A stretch of 63,138 bases of DNA, the filler included, from Rhabdomonas costata (lineage: Eukaryota): the NCBI GenBank assembly GCA_019059605.1. It is 31 parts of 31 records of this genome, joined end to end, with 100 filler letters (N's around TTAATTAATTAA, not from the genome) between each part and the next. Parts side by side here need not be neighbours in the genome. Positions count along the whole stretch, not along the records: positions 34,682 to 36,624 come from JAHMHO010007165.1; positions 36,725 to 38,675 come from JAHMHO010007166.1; positions 38,776 to 40,714 come from JAHMHO010007167.1; positions 40,815 to 42,753 come from JAHMHO010007168.1; positions 42,854 to 44,792 come from JAHMHO010007169.1; positions 44,893 to 46,829 come from JAHMHO010007170.1; positions 46,930 to 48,868 come from JAHMHO010007171.1; positions 48,969 to 50,907 come from JAHMHO010007172.1; 23 more parts are not named here. The stretch is one strand, 5' to 3'. How positions within the stretch are numbered: position 1 is the stretch's first letter; each line of letters begins with the position of its first letter. Below, one piece after another: positions 36,473 to 50,200 of the stretch. A model generated the notes under the pieces. It searched no databases and had not been told where the DNA came from. It saw only the letters and a program-made list of their open reading frames with translations. A program made the translations under genes and the position numbers.

Positions 36473-36742
36473 GTATTTCACCGCAGTGGCGCCAGTGGTA
36501 GTGGTTCTTTTTGTATAATTTTCTGGTAAAAAAAAAAGAGAGGTTCACTAGAAACACTAGTAGTCGACCCTGTTTCGAATAAAGATAAACCAGAGGTTTG
36601 GCTTTAGCACACAAAAAAAAACAANNNNNNNNNNNNNNNNNNNNNNNNNNNNNNNNNNNNNNNNNNNNTTAATTAATTAANNNNNNNNNNNNNNNNNNNN
36701 NNNNNNNNNNNNNNNNNNNNNNNNGGTGTTGTGGAAGTTACG

Positions 36743-36745
<3 letters not shown>

Positions 36746-36774
<29 letters not shown>
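36746..36774 (+). repeat. (GT)n dinucleotide microsatellite; similar (CA)n tracts at ~12779-12795, 21455-21485, 37761-37786, 52900-52945
   Basis: Read directly from the sequence. Confidence 0.95.
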
Positions 36775-36775
<1 letters not shown>

Positions 36776-37755
36776 CCGTCAGGATGCTGAGGTTGCATGA
36801 GAGGAGAGGGCGTTTCACGGGACTAAGAAAAGGAGAGTTGTGTTGTGGTTGGATACGTCGACTGAGGCCGAGGCGCTCGCCGGATGATGGGGTTTCTTTT
36901 TCTTTTCGTGCGCCTTATATCTTTGCACTAGTCAAGTACGGACAGAAACCAAGCCTGCTTTGTCTCCTTTTCTTGTTCTCCTTGTGTGTGCGCGTGTGTG
37001 CACCACTGAAAACTGAACTTTTGTGCTCCTGCTGCAGGTTTTTTACATCTTGATGTTGTGCTGTTTTTTGTCTGTGAGAGAAACAGGACCCAGGCTAACG
37101 CAAGGCCGTAAGCGAGACCGGGGTGGTGTATGAGCTCCTAGGGTGTGGCCCCCATGAAGAATACTTCAAACCCGCCAGTCGCAGTTCCCAAGGCCCCTCG
37201 TATGTCATCGGTCGTAGTGCCCAGGGTGACGCGAACCCTGTGAGGCAGGAAGAGTAACGTGTGGCAGTGAGTAACGCGGACAGAGAATTGGGTGAGGCCC
37301 GATGGGCCCATTCCCCATCGAGGGGAGGGAGCCCAGGGGTGAAGAGAAGCGTGAGTCTTCCCAGAAAGTCATTGTGGTGTGGGTGGGTGTATCTATGTGT
37401 GGCTTGGCGAATTACACGAAGCGTACTGTGAAAGCGACAGACCCTATGTATGGTCAACTCTCTTGGGAGTCTTAGCTCAGACAGCGTAGCGTAGCCTTCT
37501 CTTAGTGTGGCGCTGCAGATGTCGCACCTCGCACCGCTCTGAGAGAGGGACCTGGCGACAGCCCGGCACAAAGGGCGCACGTCACACTGGAAACGAGCAT
37601 ATACCTAAAGTAGAAATCATTCCCGAGGAGGGGTTGTGTGTTCAAGCGCACAGGACGCAGCTCCTGATGCTTCGGAACGTGAACATTACTTTGCACTAGC
37701 GACAAGCATGGCGGAGTCTAATCAAAAAGTTCCCCCACTCTGCCCATCCACCACG

Positions 37756-37787
<32 letters not shown>

Positions 37788-37935
37788 AGAGAAAACAAAG
37801 GAAGGGAAGCAGACACTGCCAGGATGCAGCCGCACGCAGAGATACAAAAAAACTACCCCCAAGGCAAACCCTGAAGGAAGCAAGCAAAGTAAAGCCAATG
37901 ACTTGGTAGGAAGGGAGACCGGAGGGAGGGATAAC

Positions 37936-38643
37936 CTGAAACTGCCGGTCCTCGAACTTCACGAGAGCCAGAAAGGGTTGCGCCCTGTGAGGTGGAAATA
38001 GCCACGACAGGTACTGCAGCGACCGATACAAATTTTGTCGACGGGAAAACAAGAAGAATTGGAATGGCATGTTCTTTCCATGTTCTTTCCCCAAATACTT
38101 CCTCATACCCTGAGTGCGGTACGATATCCAAAGCGCCGTACTCTGTGCCAGCTTAACTTCAGGTTGTGGCGCAACCCTCCACAGGATCTGTCACCTGCTC
38201 CACCAACTCCTGTCAATTTTATCTGGCAAGCTTTCCCCTTATCTCAACTGCCCATCCTTTGCAATTGCCAGCATCACCTCAAGCCAGAAAAGAAAGGAAG
38301 GGAAGATGGCACAGGAGCTTACCCCTCTGGAAGCTCCCCGGTGAAGTCAAGGTCACTATCCTGTTCCTGGTCCACCTCCCTGCCCCCACCGCGTTGCGAA
38401 TCGTCCTGCGCCAGGGCCGGGCACTGGCACTCCAGCCCGGACTTCTGGCACCGCCCGCAGAAGATTCCCCCGCAGAACGGGCACCGCAACACTCCATCCG
38501 AAACGTCGGACAAGAAGGAGTAGTTCCCACACCCCGGCAAGGGGCACGAGACGGCGCCCAGCGCGGCCGCGCCTTGCTCGAAGGCAAACCGATTGTATCG
38601 GGCGTACCCCGCAGGATCCAACAGCTTGAACAGATTGACGTCT
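37936..38643 (-). CDS. IBR-domain (RBR-type E3 ubiquitin ligase-like) protein; exons 38643-38323, 37984-37936, further exons unresolved
   Basis: LLDPAGYARYNRFAFEQ..VSCPLPGCGN..VLRCPFCGGIFCGRCQK..CQC, the RING1-IBR linker plus IBR Cys pattern. Phase-2 join EG|AQPFLALVKFEDRQFQ. Confidence 0.75.
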
Positions 38644-39241
38644 CTGTCCGGCCCATAAAAAAATGACAAACCCCCNNNNNNNNNNNNNNNNNNNNNNNNN
38701 NNNNNNNNNNNNNNNNNNNTTAATTAATTAANNNNNNNNNNNNNNNNNNNNNNNNNNNNNNNNNNNNNNNNNNNNTGTGGGCTCCCGAGGTTCCGAGAAT
38801 CAGTGAATTACGCGTTACTGTATTTCAGTAGTCTCTAGTCTGCCGAATTTTAGCGCCAAGCAGAGAAACGGTGTAGGATTTGACGCAAGGCCCCCTCTTT
38901 GTCCACAATTTCATCTACTTTACATTTGGTAGTGCCCAGCTCTAATTGTGGAGAACAGTTGCTCTAGCTGAAAATTGACCCGAACGATATAAGTTCACCG
39001 AAAGAATGTAACTTCTGATTTCAAACGGAATTTTCTGCTGTAGTGTTTCACAGAGAGTGTTGCAACCACCACCAGCTGTGTTGCAGATAAGCGCAGTGCA
39101 CTCCGCTGGCACCCCAGGAACCACAAAGATCTGTGATGGATAACCCTCCAGCACAGCTCTCCTTTCATAGTATATCTTTGTCCATATGGCCGTAGATCAT
39201 CGGCCCCATCCAATTTTTATAAGATTTGAGTTTTTGGCAGA

Positions 39242-40366
39242 GTTGTGCGGGGGGTTCTCAGTATGGAGACTCTAACCCGCATTGCTGGACTCCCTCCCCG
39301 GGAGGCTGCAATTGTGGAGGGCAAGCAGCGGCTGACCAGCCGGCTTAAGGAAATGGGCCTGAAGCAGGAGGTCCACCGTCGTCTTCTATGCCCTTGCCTG
39401 GGCTTTTCACTTGCAGTTGCTTGTTTGTGTGAGCAAGGTCAATCGATAGTTCTAACGATTGCAACCCCACAGGCTCGTAGTAGCTGGACGGTCACGACCA
39501 TAACTGTTGGAGGGGGGCCCTTTGGAACATTGTCGGCATTCACAAAAATCCGTTTTTACTCATTTATTTTTATCACCATCATCATTGATCATTCATTGGC
39601 CATCTCCAAAACTCCACACAAAACTCGCACTTTTCGTTCCGTCCGGAGCACCTGGAGGCGGTGGGTGGAGTTTCGGTCACTACGGGGTCAGAGTTTTTCG
39701 TCCCAGACGAGGGTTTTGTTTCACTTAAGGAGATGGACGACGACGGCAACTGCCAGTTCCGGGCTTTCTCGCACCAGATCTACCGCACGCAGGAGCACCA
39801 TGCAGCGGTGAGGCAGCGGGTGGTGAGGCAGCTGCGGGACCACCCCGAGCTGTACGAGTGGTTCTTTGCGAGCCGCGCAGAGATGGCGGAGTACGTTTGC
39901 ATGTTTTGCTGCTTTTTCCAGGGCACACACACTCTTCCTTTCTTCTTGTACTCTTCCTACTACTTCCCTCCTCTCCCTCCTTTCTCCTCGTTTCCTCCCG
40001 CCCTCCCGAAGTCAAACCTCATCGGCCCTCGTTTTTCCTAGTGGTTGAGTCGTGGTATCCTTTCTTTCAACGCAAAAAGACACTCTCCTTCTCATTGGCT
40101 GGGACACTTATCGTGGTCCCAGGTACCTCGACAAGATGGCTCGAGTTGGGGAGTGGGGTGATGAGATCACCCTGCGGGGGTTCTGCGATGTCTTTGGCGT
40201 CGCCGTGCATGTCGTGATGTCCTCGGCCTCGCACTGGCTGCTGACGTACAGCCCTCCGGAGGAGGTGCGTCCAGCCTCTGCGGGCGGCGGGGTGCGGCAC
40301 GTGTTCGTGTCGTACCTCAGCCCGATCCACAACAACCCCATCACGGAGGCCACCGGTGCGGGGTAA
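39242..40366 (+). CDS. OTU-domain deubiquitinase; exons ~39242-39370, 39730-39890, 40123-40366 (TAA)
   Basis: RLTSRLKEMGLKQE|EMDDDGNCQFRAFSHQIY..VRQRVVRQLRDHPELY..|EYLDKMARVGEWGDEITL..VFVSYLSPIHNN; catalytic D/C (DGNC), the WG motif and the His loop are present. Confidence 0.92.
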
Positions 40367-43300
40367 GCTGCAAATGTGAAATATTTTTTGGCAGCGGATT
40401 GAATGTGCGAGTTTGTCCGGTGGGGTGCATGTGTGTTGGGTTTACTTGTCAGACGTTTTGTTGTGGGACCGTGAGGCCCTTCTCTGGTTCCCACCGTTGG
40501 TGTTTGATCTGGCGTTGGCGGAACTGCGATTGGCCGTGCGAGTGCCGCGGCCGGTGCTTTTGTTAGAATAATTTAGCACGTGTGTGTTTCTTTTTTGATG
40601 ATGGGGAAGGCGTCCTCACGGTTTTTTTGTGCGCGACCTCTCTGAGGTTCTGAAGTTGTGCCTGCCGGTAGGGCTTCATTCCTGTGGAGTGCCTTCCCCA
40701 TCATCAAAAAAACCNNNNNNNNNNNNNNNNNNNNNNNNNNNNNNNNNNNNNNNNNNNNTTAATTAATTAANNNNNNNNNNNNNNNNNNNNNNNNNNNNNN
40801 NNNNNNNNNNNNNNTTTGTGGGGGTAGCCCCAAGTCTCCACAGTCTGGTCAAGCACAAGCTCAGCGGAGGGAGTTTCCCACCGCTCAGCCCTGACATATG
40901 TCGTTTAAAACACAAATGCAAAGGACAAAAAAGGTACCCTAAAATGGATTACGGACAAGAATACAGCTCATCTTGTCTTTCTATCCGTTGGAATTGGCAC
41001 TGTCTGTGTGACCGAAGAAACACCTTTGCGACTTGGCGGTGCGGCGGTATAAATAGGGCGGTGCAGTGAAGAAAGATTACGGGGACAGGGCGCACCAAGG
41101 ATGTGGTTTGCCGGGGAGGCGAAGCCGGTGGTAACCAGTATTCTACTACCTTACCCAGTCATCAGTCTCGCCAGAGGGACAGGGGGCGCCCCATTGTCCG
41201 ACTGGAGTGGAAGGAGCTCCGAGCTCCGGGGTCGATTCTATTCTTTGTGCTGGGACAATATTGAAGGGAGACAACAAAGCTTCGATTTACAGGGTGCCGG
41301 ACCCGACCCCTCCGCGGGTTTTTCTCAAACCCTGCACCCACAATTTCACCAAAAGGGAATTCGCTTGCCGCACCAACACATACAGCACCTCATCGGTACC
41401 GGCACAGCCCAAACAACAAAAAAAATACTTGACACGCGCAAAGGAGAGGGGGTGGGGGACCGCATACCAGGGAGCACGCCAGAAAAAAGATCTGCACACT
41501 GCATAAATAAGTTGCCGAGGAAGAGGGAAAAGAGGTGTGTGTGTGGTAGTATCCCAACCCTCTTCTGAAGTCTATGATAGCTATAGGTCTGCACTGGATT
41601 CCAGAGTGCTCTCCCCACCGCTTCCAAGGCCACCACATTAGAGAAGACACAGTGAAAGGTACGCAGAAAAAGCGCACGAGTGTGATCTGCCGCTGGCGCT
41701 GGGTAGGAGGGCCTCGCATCCAGCGTGCGTTCTCGGAGGAAAGATACTGCACAAATATGCAAGGCAACCGAGAAGGGGCGCCTGGTCATATTAACTTGGA
41801 GCTGTTGTCTCGAGGGGGGGGGGGTTATTGAACCCCGCGCAGCCCCACGCAGCCCCACCTCATCCCCCTCCCAACACTGAAACCACCAACTGCAAGAGAA
41901 CCCTCACCTACCACCACCCTTTCGGTGGTCACTAGCGTTGGCTCGATGCTATGTCAACATATCGACACGCTTGATACCACTTTATATCAACGAAATGTGC
42001 CCCAACTTCACCCCGATCACGTTCACCAGATATTCGCCGTAAATATGACTTCCAGCCAGTCCAAGCGACGATAACTTCGGATTTCCTCCGTCACTGGAAC
42101 CACCTTTTCGGTTGCCTGCGTGATTGCAGAGGAAACAAAAGAAAGAGCACTGAGCTGCACATCGCGCAGAAAAAAAAGGGGGGGGAGGTCGAGGAAGTTT
42201 CCCACAGTTACCACAGACAAGATGACCCCAAAAGGGGTCGTTTCCTGCCTATAACAAGGTTGCTACAAGTATGCACAACACAGAGCATATCAGCCACGCA
42301 CTGGTGATGCGACAGGCTTCACTGAAGCGAAGAGGCAACGGCTAAAAGGAGAGCATCACAGAGGACGGGCTGTACATAGCAGCCCACAAGGGCCCTTCAA
42401 ATCTGCTGGCAGATCGGAAAGGGAGCGGGAAGATATTTGAAACACAACAGGACTTCACGTCACCAGTGCGCCTCAGATGGAGTACAGGCGGGAGAGGGAG
42501 ACGGGCCCTCCCGAAACGGGGTCGGCGGCGCAGGGCTGCTCAGGAGGCAGGTGGAGTTCAGAAACTGCGTGCAGGTGAGTGTTAGTGAGAGGCGCACATT
42601 ATGAAATGATGTGAGCTATCGGGGCACCGGCATGGAAGGGGAGGCCATGGATTTCCGCAGCTTTCATCGGAACCATAAAATCCACCTGTAGAAATATGCA
42701 AGAAAAATAACGGCCACCTCCTAGGGGTCCTGGTTACCGGTTTACACACAACCNNNNNNNNNNNNNNNNNNNNNNNNNNNNNNNNNNNNNNNNNNNNTTA
42801 ATTAATTAANNNNNNNNNNNNNNNNNNNNNNNNNNNNNNNNNNNNNNNNNNNNGTGGTGGGTGTGTTTGGTGTTGGTTGGCTCCATAGGTCCAGAAAAAG
42901 AGGAGGAAGAGAAGGGTAAGGAGGGAAGAAACAGTCACCCCACCTGAACAAATCAAGAAAAACACATGTGGCGCATATGTGAAAGCACATCGAAGCGCTG
43001 ATTTCGAAGCATGCGCACAATCGGTGTCCCGGAAAAAGATGCGTGTCCTTTGTTTAGCAGCATGAAGCAAAAATCTCCATGCAGAAAAGCAAAGCATGCT
43101 TCGAACAAAATAATTTGGGAAGGGAAGGGATCGAAAGGAGAAAGATGGAAGATGGCGAATGTGAGGAAGGGAAAACAAGGGCTTGAAAGACAAACGCAGG
43201 GTGGGAACGAGCGATAGCAGAGCAGAAGATCGGATGCGGGTACAAAAAGGGAGTGGTCACCCAGGGAAGAAGGATGAAGACAGGACGTAGGATGAGAGTG

Positions 43301-44106
43301 CATAGAACCCGGGGGTTTCTGTTTGACTGTTTGACGGGGGCAGGTGGGGAAATAGCAACAACAAGCAACAACATCAAGGAGGCAGGATGACGGCGGAGGA
43401 AGGTTCCAGATCGGTGCACGGGGACAAGTGCAAAATCATCACAATCATCATTGTTCACCGGAAATTAGCAAGAAGAACAGCCATTTGTGGACCTAAAGAG
43501 AGGCTGTTTTCATCACGTGTCCCAGCCCACATGAAGTCCATACAAGTCCAGTAAGAAAACTCCGCATTCATGAACGACCAAGTGCGGCGCCAGCCACAGT
43601 ACCATAGTATCACATACACAGCAAACCACAAGCAGACGCCATCATCAATGCTGAAGTAGCCCCGACTCCGAACATTCACTGAGGGGCTCGAGAGTCAGAA
43701 AAGCAGTCACCAGTCGCCGCGTCATACGAGGCGGCTGCAGCTAAAGACCACATAGCAGCGGGAAGACCACAGAGCAGCGAGCCACCCCCTAAATGGACCA
43801 CAACGGTCGAGAGACTCTCAACCGCAAGCGCATAGAAGTACAATGCAGGAGGACTAGTTGCAAAAGCCAGCGCTGGGTGAACAGTCCAACCACTGCTGGA
43901 CAAACGGGGGTGTAGTGTAGTGGTGTTGGGGTTCACTGGTACCCACAGAAACAAAGAAGGTTGCAGCCTGGGATCGATGTATCTCAGGGTGATGCATCTC
44001 TGCTTCTTTTTCTTTTGGGGAGGAATGGGTGGAAGATCATGAAGAACGAAGCCTCACTCCACGTTCCCACCCTTCAAACAACGTAACACAGGTATACACG
44101 GATGCA

Positions 44107-44730
44107 TTAGGGGGAAGTGCTTGGGAACTTGGGGAGCCGATGGCCCTCTGTGTTGAGCACAAACTGGTCCAAGTCAAGCGCCGAGTCATCGGAGAAGAGC
44201 AGGAAGAGGTACTTCAGCGTCTCGGCGAGCCAGAAGCTCTCCATCCGGTCATCCATGGTCGGCGGTACCTGAAGGCGACCCCATCCACTACCAGAAGCAC
44301 CGCGAATATCAAAAAGGTGTACTAAACATCAAATACGATTGCTACCTTACAAAATTGGTATAAAAAAGGCCAAAGGAATACCGCACGGGACACGGTGGGT
44401 TCCGGCATTAGGGTGCAAGGAACGGCCTTGCATTGTTTCGGTGAGCCTAGTGAACATAGAAAAGGGGTCTGCTTTTCCTTTGTTCTCTAACGGATACAAG
44501 ATTAAAGTGTAAGGACACAGCAAACCGTATCGTCGATATATCTTCGGCGCAGGGAAAAAAGGAAGGTGTGGGGGGCGGAGGAGGCACACTTGGGTGACAT
44601 CCCGGAGGCCACTGTAGCCACCGGAGGGGACGTGACACCACCGGCGGATATTCTCGAACAGAGTCCAGCCCCATTCCCGGTACACGGGTTTCTTCGTGAA
44701 CCTCCACAGATAGAACAAGCTCTCTATAAC
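44107..44730 (-). CDS. GH47 alpha-1,2-mannosidase, last two exons 44730-44590, 44268-44107 (TAA)
   Basis: [31 protein letters not shown] / [28 protein letters not shown], diagnostic GH47 C-terminal motifs. Confidence 0.95.
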
Positions 44731-44999
44731 CTGAGAAAAGTGGAGGCACCTCACAGGGCAGGCGATGCAAAACCAACAAAAGCCCCACAAACNNNNNNNN
44801 NNNNNNNNNNNNNNNNNNNNNNNNNNNNNNNNNNNNTTAATTAATTAANNNNNNNNNNNNNNNNNNNNNNNNNNNNNNNNNNNNNNNNNNNNTGTGTGCA
44901 TGCTTTAAAGCATGCACACACTCACAAACGCCAGCGCAGCTTTCCGTCGCAGAACGTCTTCCTTGCGCACAGGTGCTCGCCTCAGGCTCAGATGCACAC

Positions 45000-45356
45000 C
45001 AAAATGAACGTCTTCTCGGTCTCGTAGTGGGCGTTCATGATCAACTTCAGCGCCGTGGTGGCCTCCTCCACGCCGTCCGTCAGTGTGAACACCATGAGGT
45101 CTGAGTCCAGCAGGGCCTGCTTCAGCTGCCTCCGGTACTGCGGATCCTCGCGGCTCAGCACCTGCTTCACAAACTTCGCTGAGGGGGCGACGGGCGGAGC
45201 AGGCAGCCCGGTCTCCCGCAGCGTGCCGTAGACCTCGTAGTCGCCCTTGTTGCACAGCGTGCGGCACACTACGGTGCCCAGGTGGGTGTCCGCGTCACTG
45301 ACAAAGGCCCGCAGCTTGAGCCCAGAAAGGTTGGGCTTCTTAGGTGAGTCTGCCAT
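45000..45356 (-). CDS. AK7: Adenylate kinase 7 homologue (flagellar), first exon
   Basis: RAFVSDADTHLGTVVCRTL..YEVYGTL..ALLDSDLMVFTL..EEATTALK..KTFIL|gt matches the AK7 N-terminal Rossmann-like region preceding ISTVMTW. Confidence 0.75.
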
Positions 45357-46150
45357 TGTAGCCACCAAAACAGAAAACACGCACAGAACAGAAGTGTAAG
45401 CAAGTGTAACAGGAAAAGCTCAAAAAGAAAACAGGCTAAATCGGGAAACGAAACCACACAACGGAAACCAGCATAAAATTAAATGCTAAAATTATAAAAC
45501 AATAATTTCAATAGTTTGCCTCGCTTTTTCCCGCTTTCCGGTACCCTGCTAATCGCTCACCACGGAACATTTCCCATGATCCCTGCAATGCTGCCGTAAG
45601 ACCGCTCTAAGGGTGGTTTCTCAGAGAACACTCTTTAAATGGGAGGAGTTACCCCCTTTCTTTGTGAGAAAAATAAGAAGTGCCCACTGCGACATTACTT
45701 TATTCTATTTTAGCACAAAACTCCGACGCACCTAACGAACAAGCGGATGGAAGATGAGAGGAAGAGGGGGCGTCTTTTCTTTGACCCACGGTCCTTGCAG
45801 AGTCCTTGTGAAGACCAACTGGGGGTGAGACTCTATAAAAATGGTGCCTCGTGTAGTTTGTTTTTGATGATTACGTTTCCTTTGCTAGTTCCTCACAACA
45901 ACAGCGCAAACGCCTGAAAACTCAAGTCATAGCCTAACAAAGGAAATGTATAGCACCGGGATGGACACTTAATGTGAATGTACCGATAACGACTGTTACC
46001 AGTACAAAGTTCTGGGGACCAGCACAGTATCTCACCCACTCAACCCAGCAGCAGTCTTTCTCCCCAGAGCGCAACCGCATACCTCAAGAAAGAGAAACTG
46101 CGCAAAAAAAAAAAGAAGAGGGGGGACAGAAGGTTTCCGCGAGATGCCCG

Positions 46151-46405
46151 TCACTCCGTCAGCTGCCGCAGCAGCTCCTTCAGGCTAAGCTTGTTGGCCC
46201 CCCGGATGCCCTTGACGGGCTGCCCGCCCTTGAAGGTGATAAAGCTGGGCACTGAGGTCACTCCGTAGCGGGAGGCCAGCTCATTGTTCTGGTCGATGTC
46301 CACTTTCAGGAAGACTACCCTGGGAAATTCAACACTCAGGGCCTCGTAAACTGGAGCAATGACCTTGCATGGGCCGCACCACGTGGCGAAGAAGTCCACA
46401 ATGAC
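46151..46405 (-). CDS. Thioredoxin, terminal exon (TGA)
   Basis: ggcag|VIVDFFATWCGPCKVIAP..FLKVDIDQ..GVTSVPSF..IRGAN; canonical WCGPC active site. Confidence 0.95.
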   Translation of the reverse strand, partial: VIVDFFATWCGPCKVIAPVYEALSVEFPRVVFLKVDIDQNNELASRYGVTSVPSFITFKGGQPVKGIRGANKLSLKELLRQLTE

Positions 46406-47171
46406 CTGCCAAACGGTTTGCATGAGGTTCTGGCAAAAACGTAGGGATCTACTTGGCTCGAATCCGAGGCAGAAATGCATCTGGGTACCAAAATACACTT
46501 TATCAGCATCGGTTCCAACCGAGGAGATCCAAAATCATACCCAGCAGGAACTTCGCAACTAGAGCTGCCTGCAACTCAGTAAAATGGAGAGCGAGAAGTC
46601 CATTCAACCAACCTACACCCTATTCTACCGTAACTCTACTATGCTTGATTCAACGTATGGCCAGATTGAGGTTCGGATCAACAAAAACCTCTCGGCTCCG
46701 GCCTGGCTTTCACTTTGCACACAGATTAAGGCAAATTTCCGGCATTTTCCAGTATTCCTTTCAAATGTTCCAGTCAGAATGACTCTCCCGCAGGCCACTC
46801 ACCCGAACGGAAAGCCGACCCACAACACANNNNNNNNNNNNNNNNNNNNNNNNNNNNNNNNNNNNNNNNNNNNTTAATTAATTAANNNNNNNNNNNNNNN
46901 NNNNNNNNNNNNNNNNNNNNNNNNNNNNNAGGCCAGGAAAGTCAGGACAACGGCCCAATGGCAGGGGTGGGGAGTGGTAACCGTCGTACCATTGGTTAAC
47001 TGTAGCCAGGGGAAACAGAAAACTGAATCAAGATTTGATTTCTTTTTTGCACATTTAACTGAAAAACGGTCCGGTAAAACTTGCCAGCACTCTTGAAATG
47101 TCTTTATTGTGTGTAAGTGGGTTAGTTAACATTTGTCAGTGCTCCCTATGACTGTTTTCACAGCGGATAAC

Positions 47172-47231
47172 TACTGCTGGCTAAGGACTCGCCAATGGTT
47201 AGATTGGGCCGGATGAGTTGGACAGCATTAG
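47172..47231 (+). repeat. Dispersed ~60-bp repeat, copy 1 (copy 2 at 55145-55205)
   Basis: tactgctgg..aaggactcgccaatgg..ggccgga.gagttggacagca.tag shared by two unrelated contigs, about 80% identity by eye. Confidence 0.8.
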
Positions 47232-50200
47232 GGGCGAAGGCAGACCGCGTCGTGGCCGGAGCGGGCCGCCAGGACGGGGACTTGACCTCGGGACTTGTTA
47301 AAATATGCTGTCATGGAAAACGTTGTTATCACCCTTAACCCTCCCAGCCTCCATTGCATCACGACTCACCGCTGCACATATAGCTGTCAGCTCAACGTGA
47401 CCCCGTGAAAGAGAAACAGAGACGCCGAAAACGAAAAGAGTGTGAGAGGAGGAGGGCCTGCTCCGCCCCCCCCCCTCCCCCATATCATCTCAGCCCTGCT
47501 CAGGGGCAATGCTTGTTTCGGTTTGTGTCCCTGTTTTGATGCTGCCCGGTTCCCCGGCGTGCCCAGCAACTGACCTTCCCCACCTTCCTGGTCCCCACCG
47601 CCTGCCGGTATGTCCTGCTGCACGCTCTCAGTTCATTGCTCAGGCTCTCTTTTGTTGTGCTGGGTCTCCTTCTGTTGGAGTAAGCGCAAGTGGCGAAGAT
47701 GCATTGCAGTCCAGAAAGGCTAGTCCGTCCGAATTCCTGTGTGCTTGTGCTTTAAGACATCGCACGGCCTTATGATGAACAGTCAATTCATTTTTCTCGT
47801 TGACTTATATTCACGAAATACGCGAAATGACAACTCTTGAATGGCTTTTTTGCGGTTGGATGTGAGTGCGCACCCGCTCACGCCCAGGCACTGGTACCAG
47901 GGCGTCCGAAAGCCTTAAAGCAGCTTTTCAGGGCCCTCGACGCGCTGCGTTGCGGTGCGGACTCGGAGGGTCTTGCTTGGTGTGCGGCTCCCTCTGTGTG
48001 CCCCTCCCTCTCCGCTTGTCCACATATGCCAACATTTCGAGCATCACGGCACTGCAGCACATGCGCATGAGTTTAGCAACGGCTAAGGCTCGGCAGAAGC
48101 CTGACAATTAACACGAAGCAACGTAAGATCTGGGTGGAATACGGCAAACAGACAAACAAAGCAGAAAACGGGAAACATCTGCGGTCGGAAAAATGTTGTT
48201 TAAGTGGGAAAGTGAAGAGGGCATATCGTTCTGCGGTACGCAGAATGAAGAAGAAAAGGAGGGTGGCACGAGAAGTAATTTACACACGGAAGTAACGCAG
48301 GATGGAAAACATATAAATATGTGGAAAGAAAAGTGGGACATGGGAAGGTGGAGAAGAAAGCGTCCTGTGCTCCGCACGATGAGGCGTGTGGTCTGACCAC
48401 CGTAGGGGTAAGTGATCATGATGTCCATGAATATTCCAAGGCAATCTTTAGGTGAAAAGTTCTTATCCCCAGTCTGTGAACTGCAGCGCAGTTTGGGTGG
48501 ATTTCGCTACGCCATCCTCCCGGGCATCTGCGCATTTTGCTACCCGATGTATGCAGAGAATCTCCCGCGATCGCCAATCCCCGGAGTCTTTTCTCTAGGA
48601 TCTTCTCACTCACCCACTTTCTGCTTCCGTGCCAATGTTGCTGCCACAATCGTTCACTCTTTTTATCTATCCTGTGTGCAAGCAAACCATGCGGACCTCC
48701 GCTGCTGCAGTGAGAGTTTTCTTTGTTCTCTCTGATTCTCGCGTTTTTTTTTTGCAGTGGAAAGGCCGCTCCCCAGCCTGTGCTCCCCACCCCACCCTCC
48801 GCTCCAAAGTTTTCTTCTCCTCGCGGCCCTCTGGTGGCCCGTGCATCCAGACCCACACCCCCCAAACANNNNNNNNNNNNNNNNNNNNNNNNNNNNNNNN
48901 NNNNNNNNNNNNTTAATTAATTAANNNNNNNNNNNNNNNNNNNNNNNNNNNNNNNNNNNNNNNNNNNNTTTTGGGGGTGCGATGGGGTGCGATCCACCTC
49001 GATAATGATAATTCAGAGGAGGAAAACTGTGGCGACCAAGTTTTTTAGGTTAGCTGGGTTAGTTATAGGAGAAGTTCAGTTTGGGGGTCTCATTTAGGGA
49101 GGATTGGGAGGGGGGAAGGTCGCAAAATCTGTCGACCGCTAAACAGCGCTTAAAGTCTGACAGTGTTAGTCGGTTAGGCAAAGTTTTTCAATGAACCCGA
49201 TCTCCGGGAGTTTCGGGAATTATGGTGCCCATCTGTGGAGCCCAGTGCAAGCGGCTGCCGAAACAAGGGGCCCCAATAATCTGTCCTACCCACAAATGCC
49301 CGGGTCACTGGTGCCCAACAGTGGTTCTCACACGGGGCCACGTTTGAACCATAAGGGGAAAACGTACATCGGCTTCTGATGGCATAAACTCAAGTGAAAC
49401 CACCGGTATAGGCAGAGATCAGATATCTCCCCAGAAAAAGTCTTGGCGGGGTTTCCCGTCCACTTCGGTGTGGGAAAGGCAGAAAACTCTCAAGGCAACC
49501 TTTCGCCCGGCACGGACGGCAAAAAGGGCTGATATGAACTCCCTTCTGAAGGACTGAGCTGGGCTGGGGGGGGGGTTCTGGAACAAAAAGCAACCGGTGT
49601 ACGAAAATAAAAGCTGTGGTAACAATGGGGGGCAGAGAGAGAAGGCGTTGTTCTGAACCACAGCCAGAGAACCGCCTCTGTGACCAATAGTCGTCTCACA
49701 AACACGAGAATGACAGTGTAGCGCCTGTCCGCAAGCAGCCATATTTACAACCGATGCGGGTCGAGGGAGGGCAAGGGTAGCATAGACTTAAATGCAGAGC
49801 CGGAATAATGGATTCCTCACTCATTCAAATCTCGGCTTTGGTGTCGCCGGATCCCCGGACAACATAGAAGTAGAAGTAGGCGTTGTTGGGAAAAATCTCC
49901 CCTACACTGATTAGTTTCACAGGTGCCCACCGATGGCATAAAATGCCAGCAAACGCACTGCACCTCCAACGCAAAGGGATTGTAAAGCTTGGCGGTGGCA
50001 AGGTCCACGTCATGCGCGTAGCGAAACCGTAGGGGCATGTAGGTGGGGCGTTCACCACAACACCTGATATGGCCCTGAGAGCAACGGATGAGACCGGGAG
50101 GGGGCCAGACGCGCAGATAGGTGCGGGGGCAAGCGAACAGTGGCGTCAGATCCGATACCGGTGCAAAATCAGCCACAGTGAATGTCCAGCGGAAAAGTTC

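Noticed and set aside
40591-40714. 21-bp inverted repeat; also the 28-bp palindrome at 44893-44920
   Set aside because: Contig-terminal; same artefact class.
40815-42753. Possible minus-strand exons (42114-42026, ~41686-41556); similar weak candidates at 24487-25014, 49965-50215 and 56760-56961
   Set aside because: Frame and phase are ambiguous and no domain is recognisable, so they are not supportable as features.
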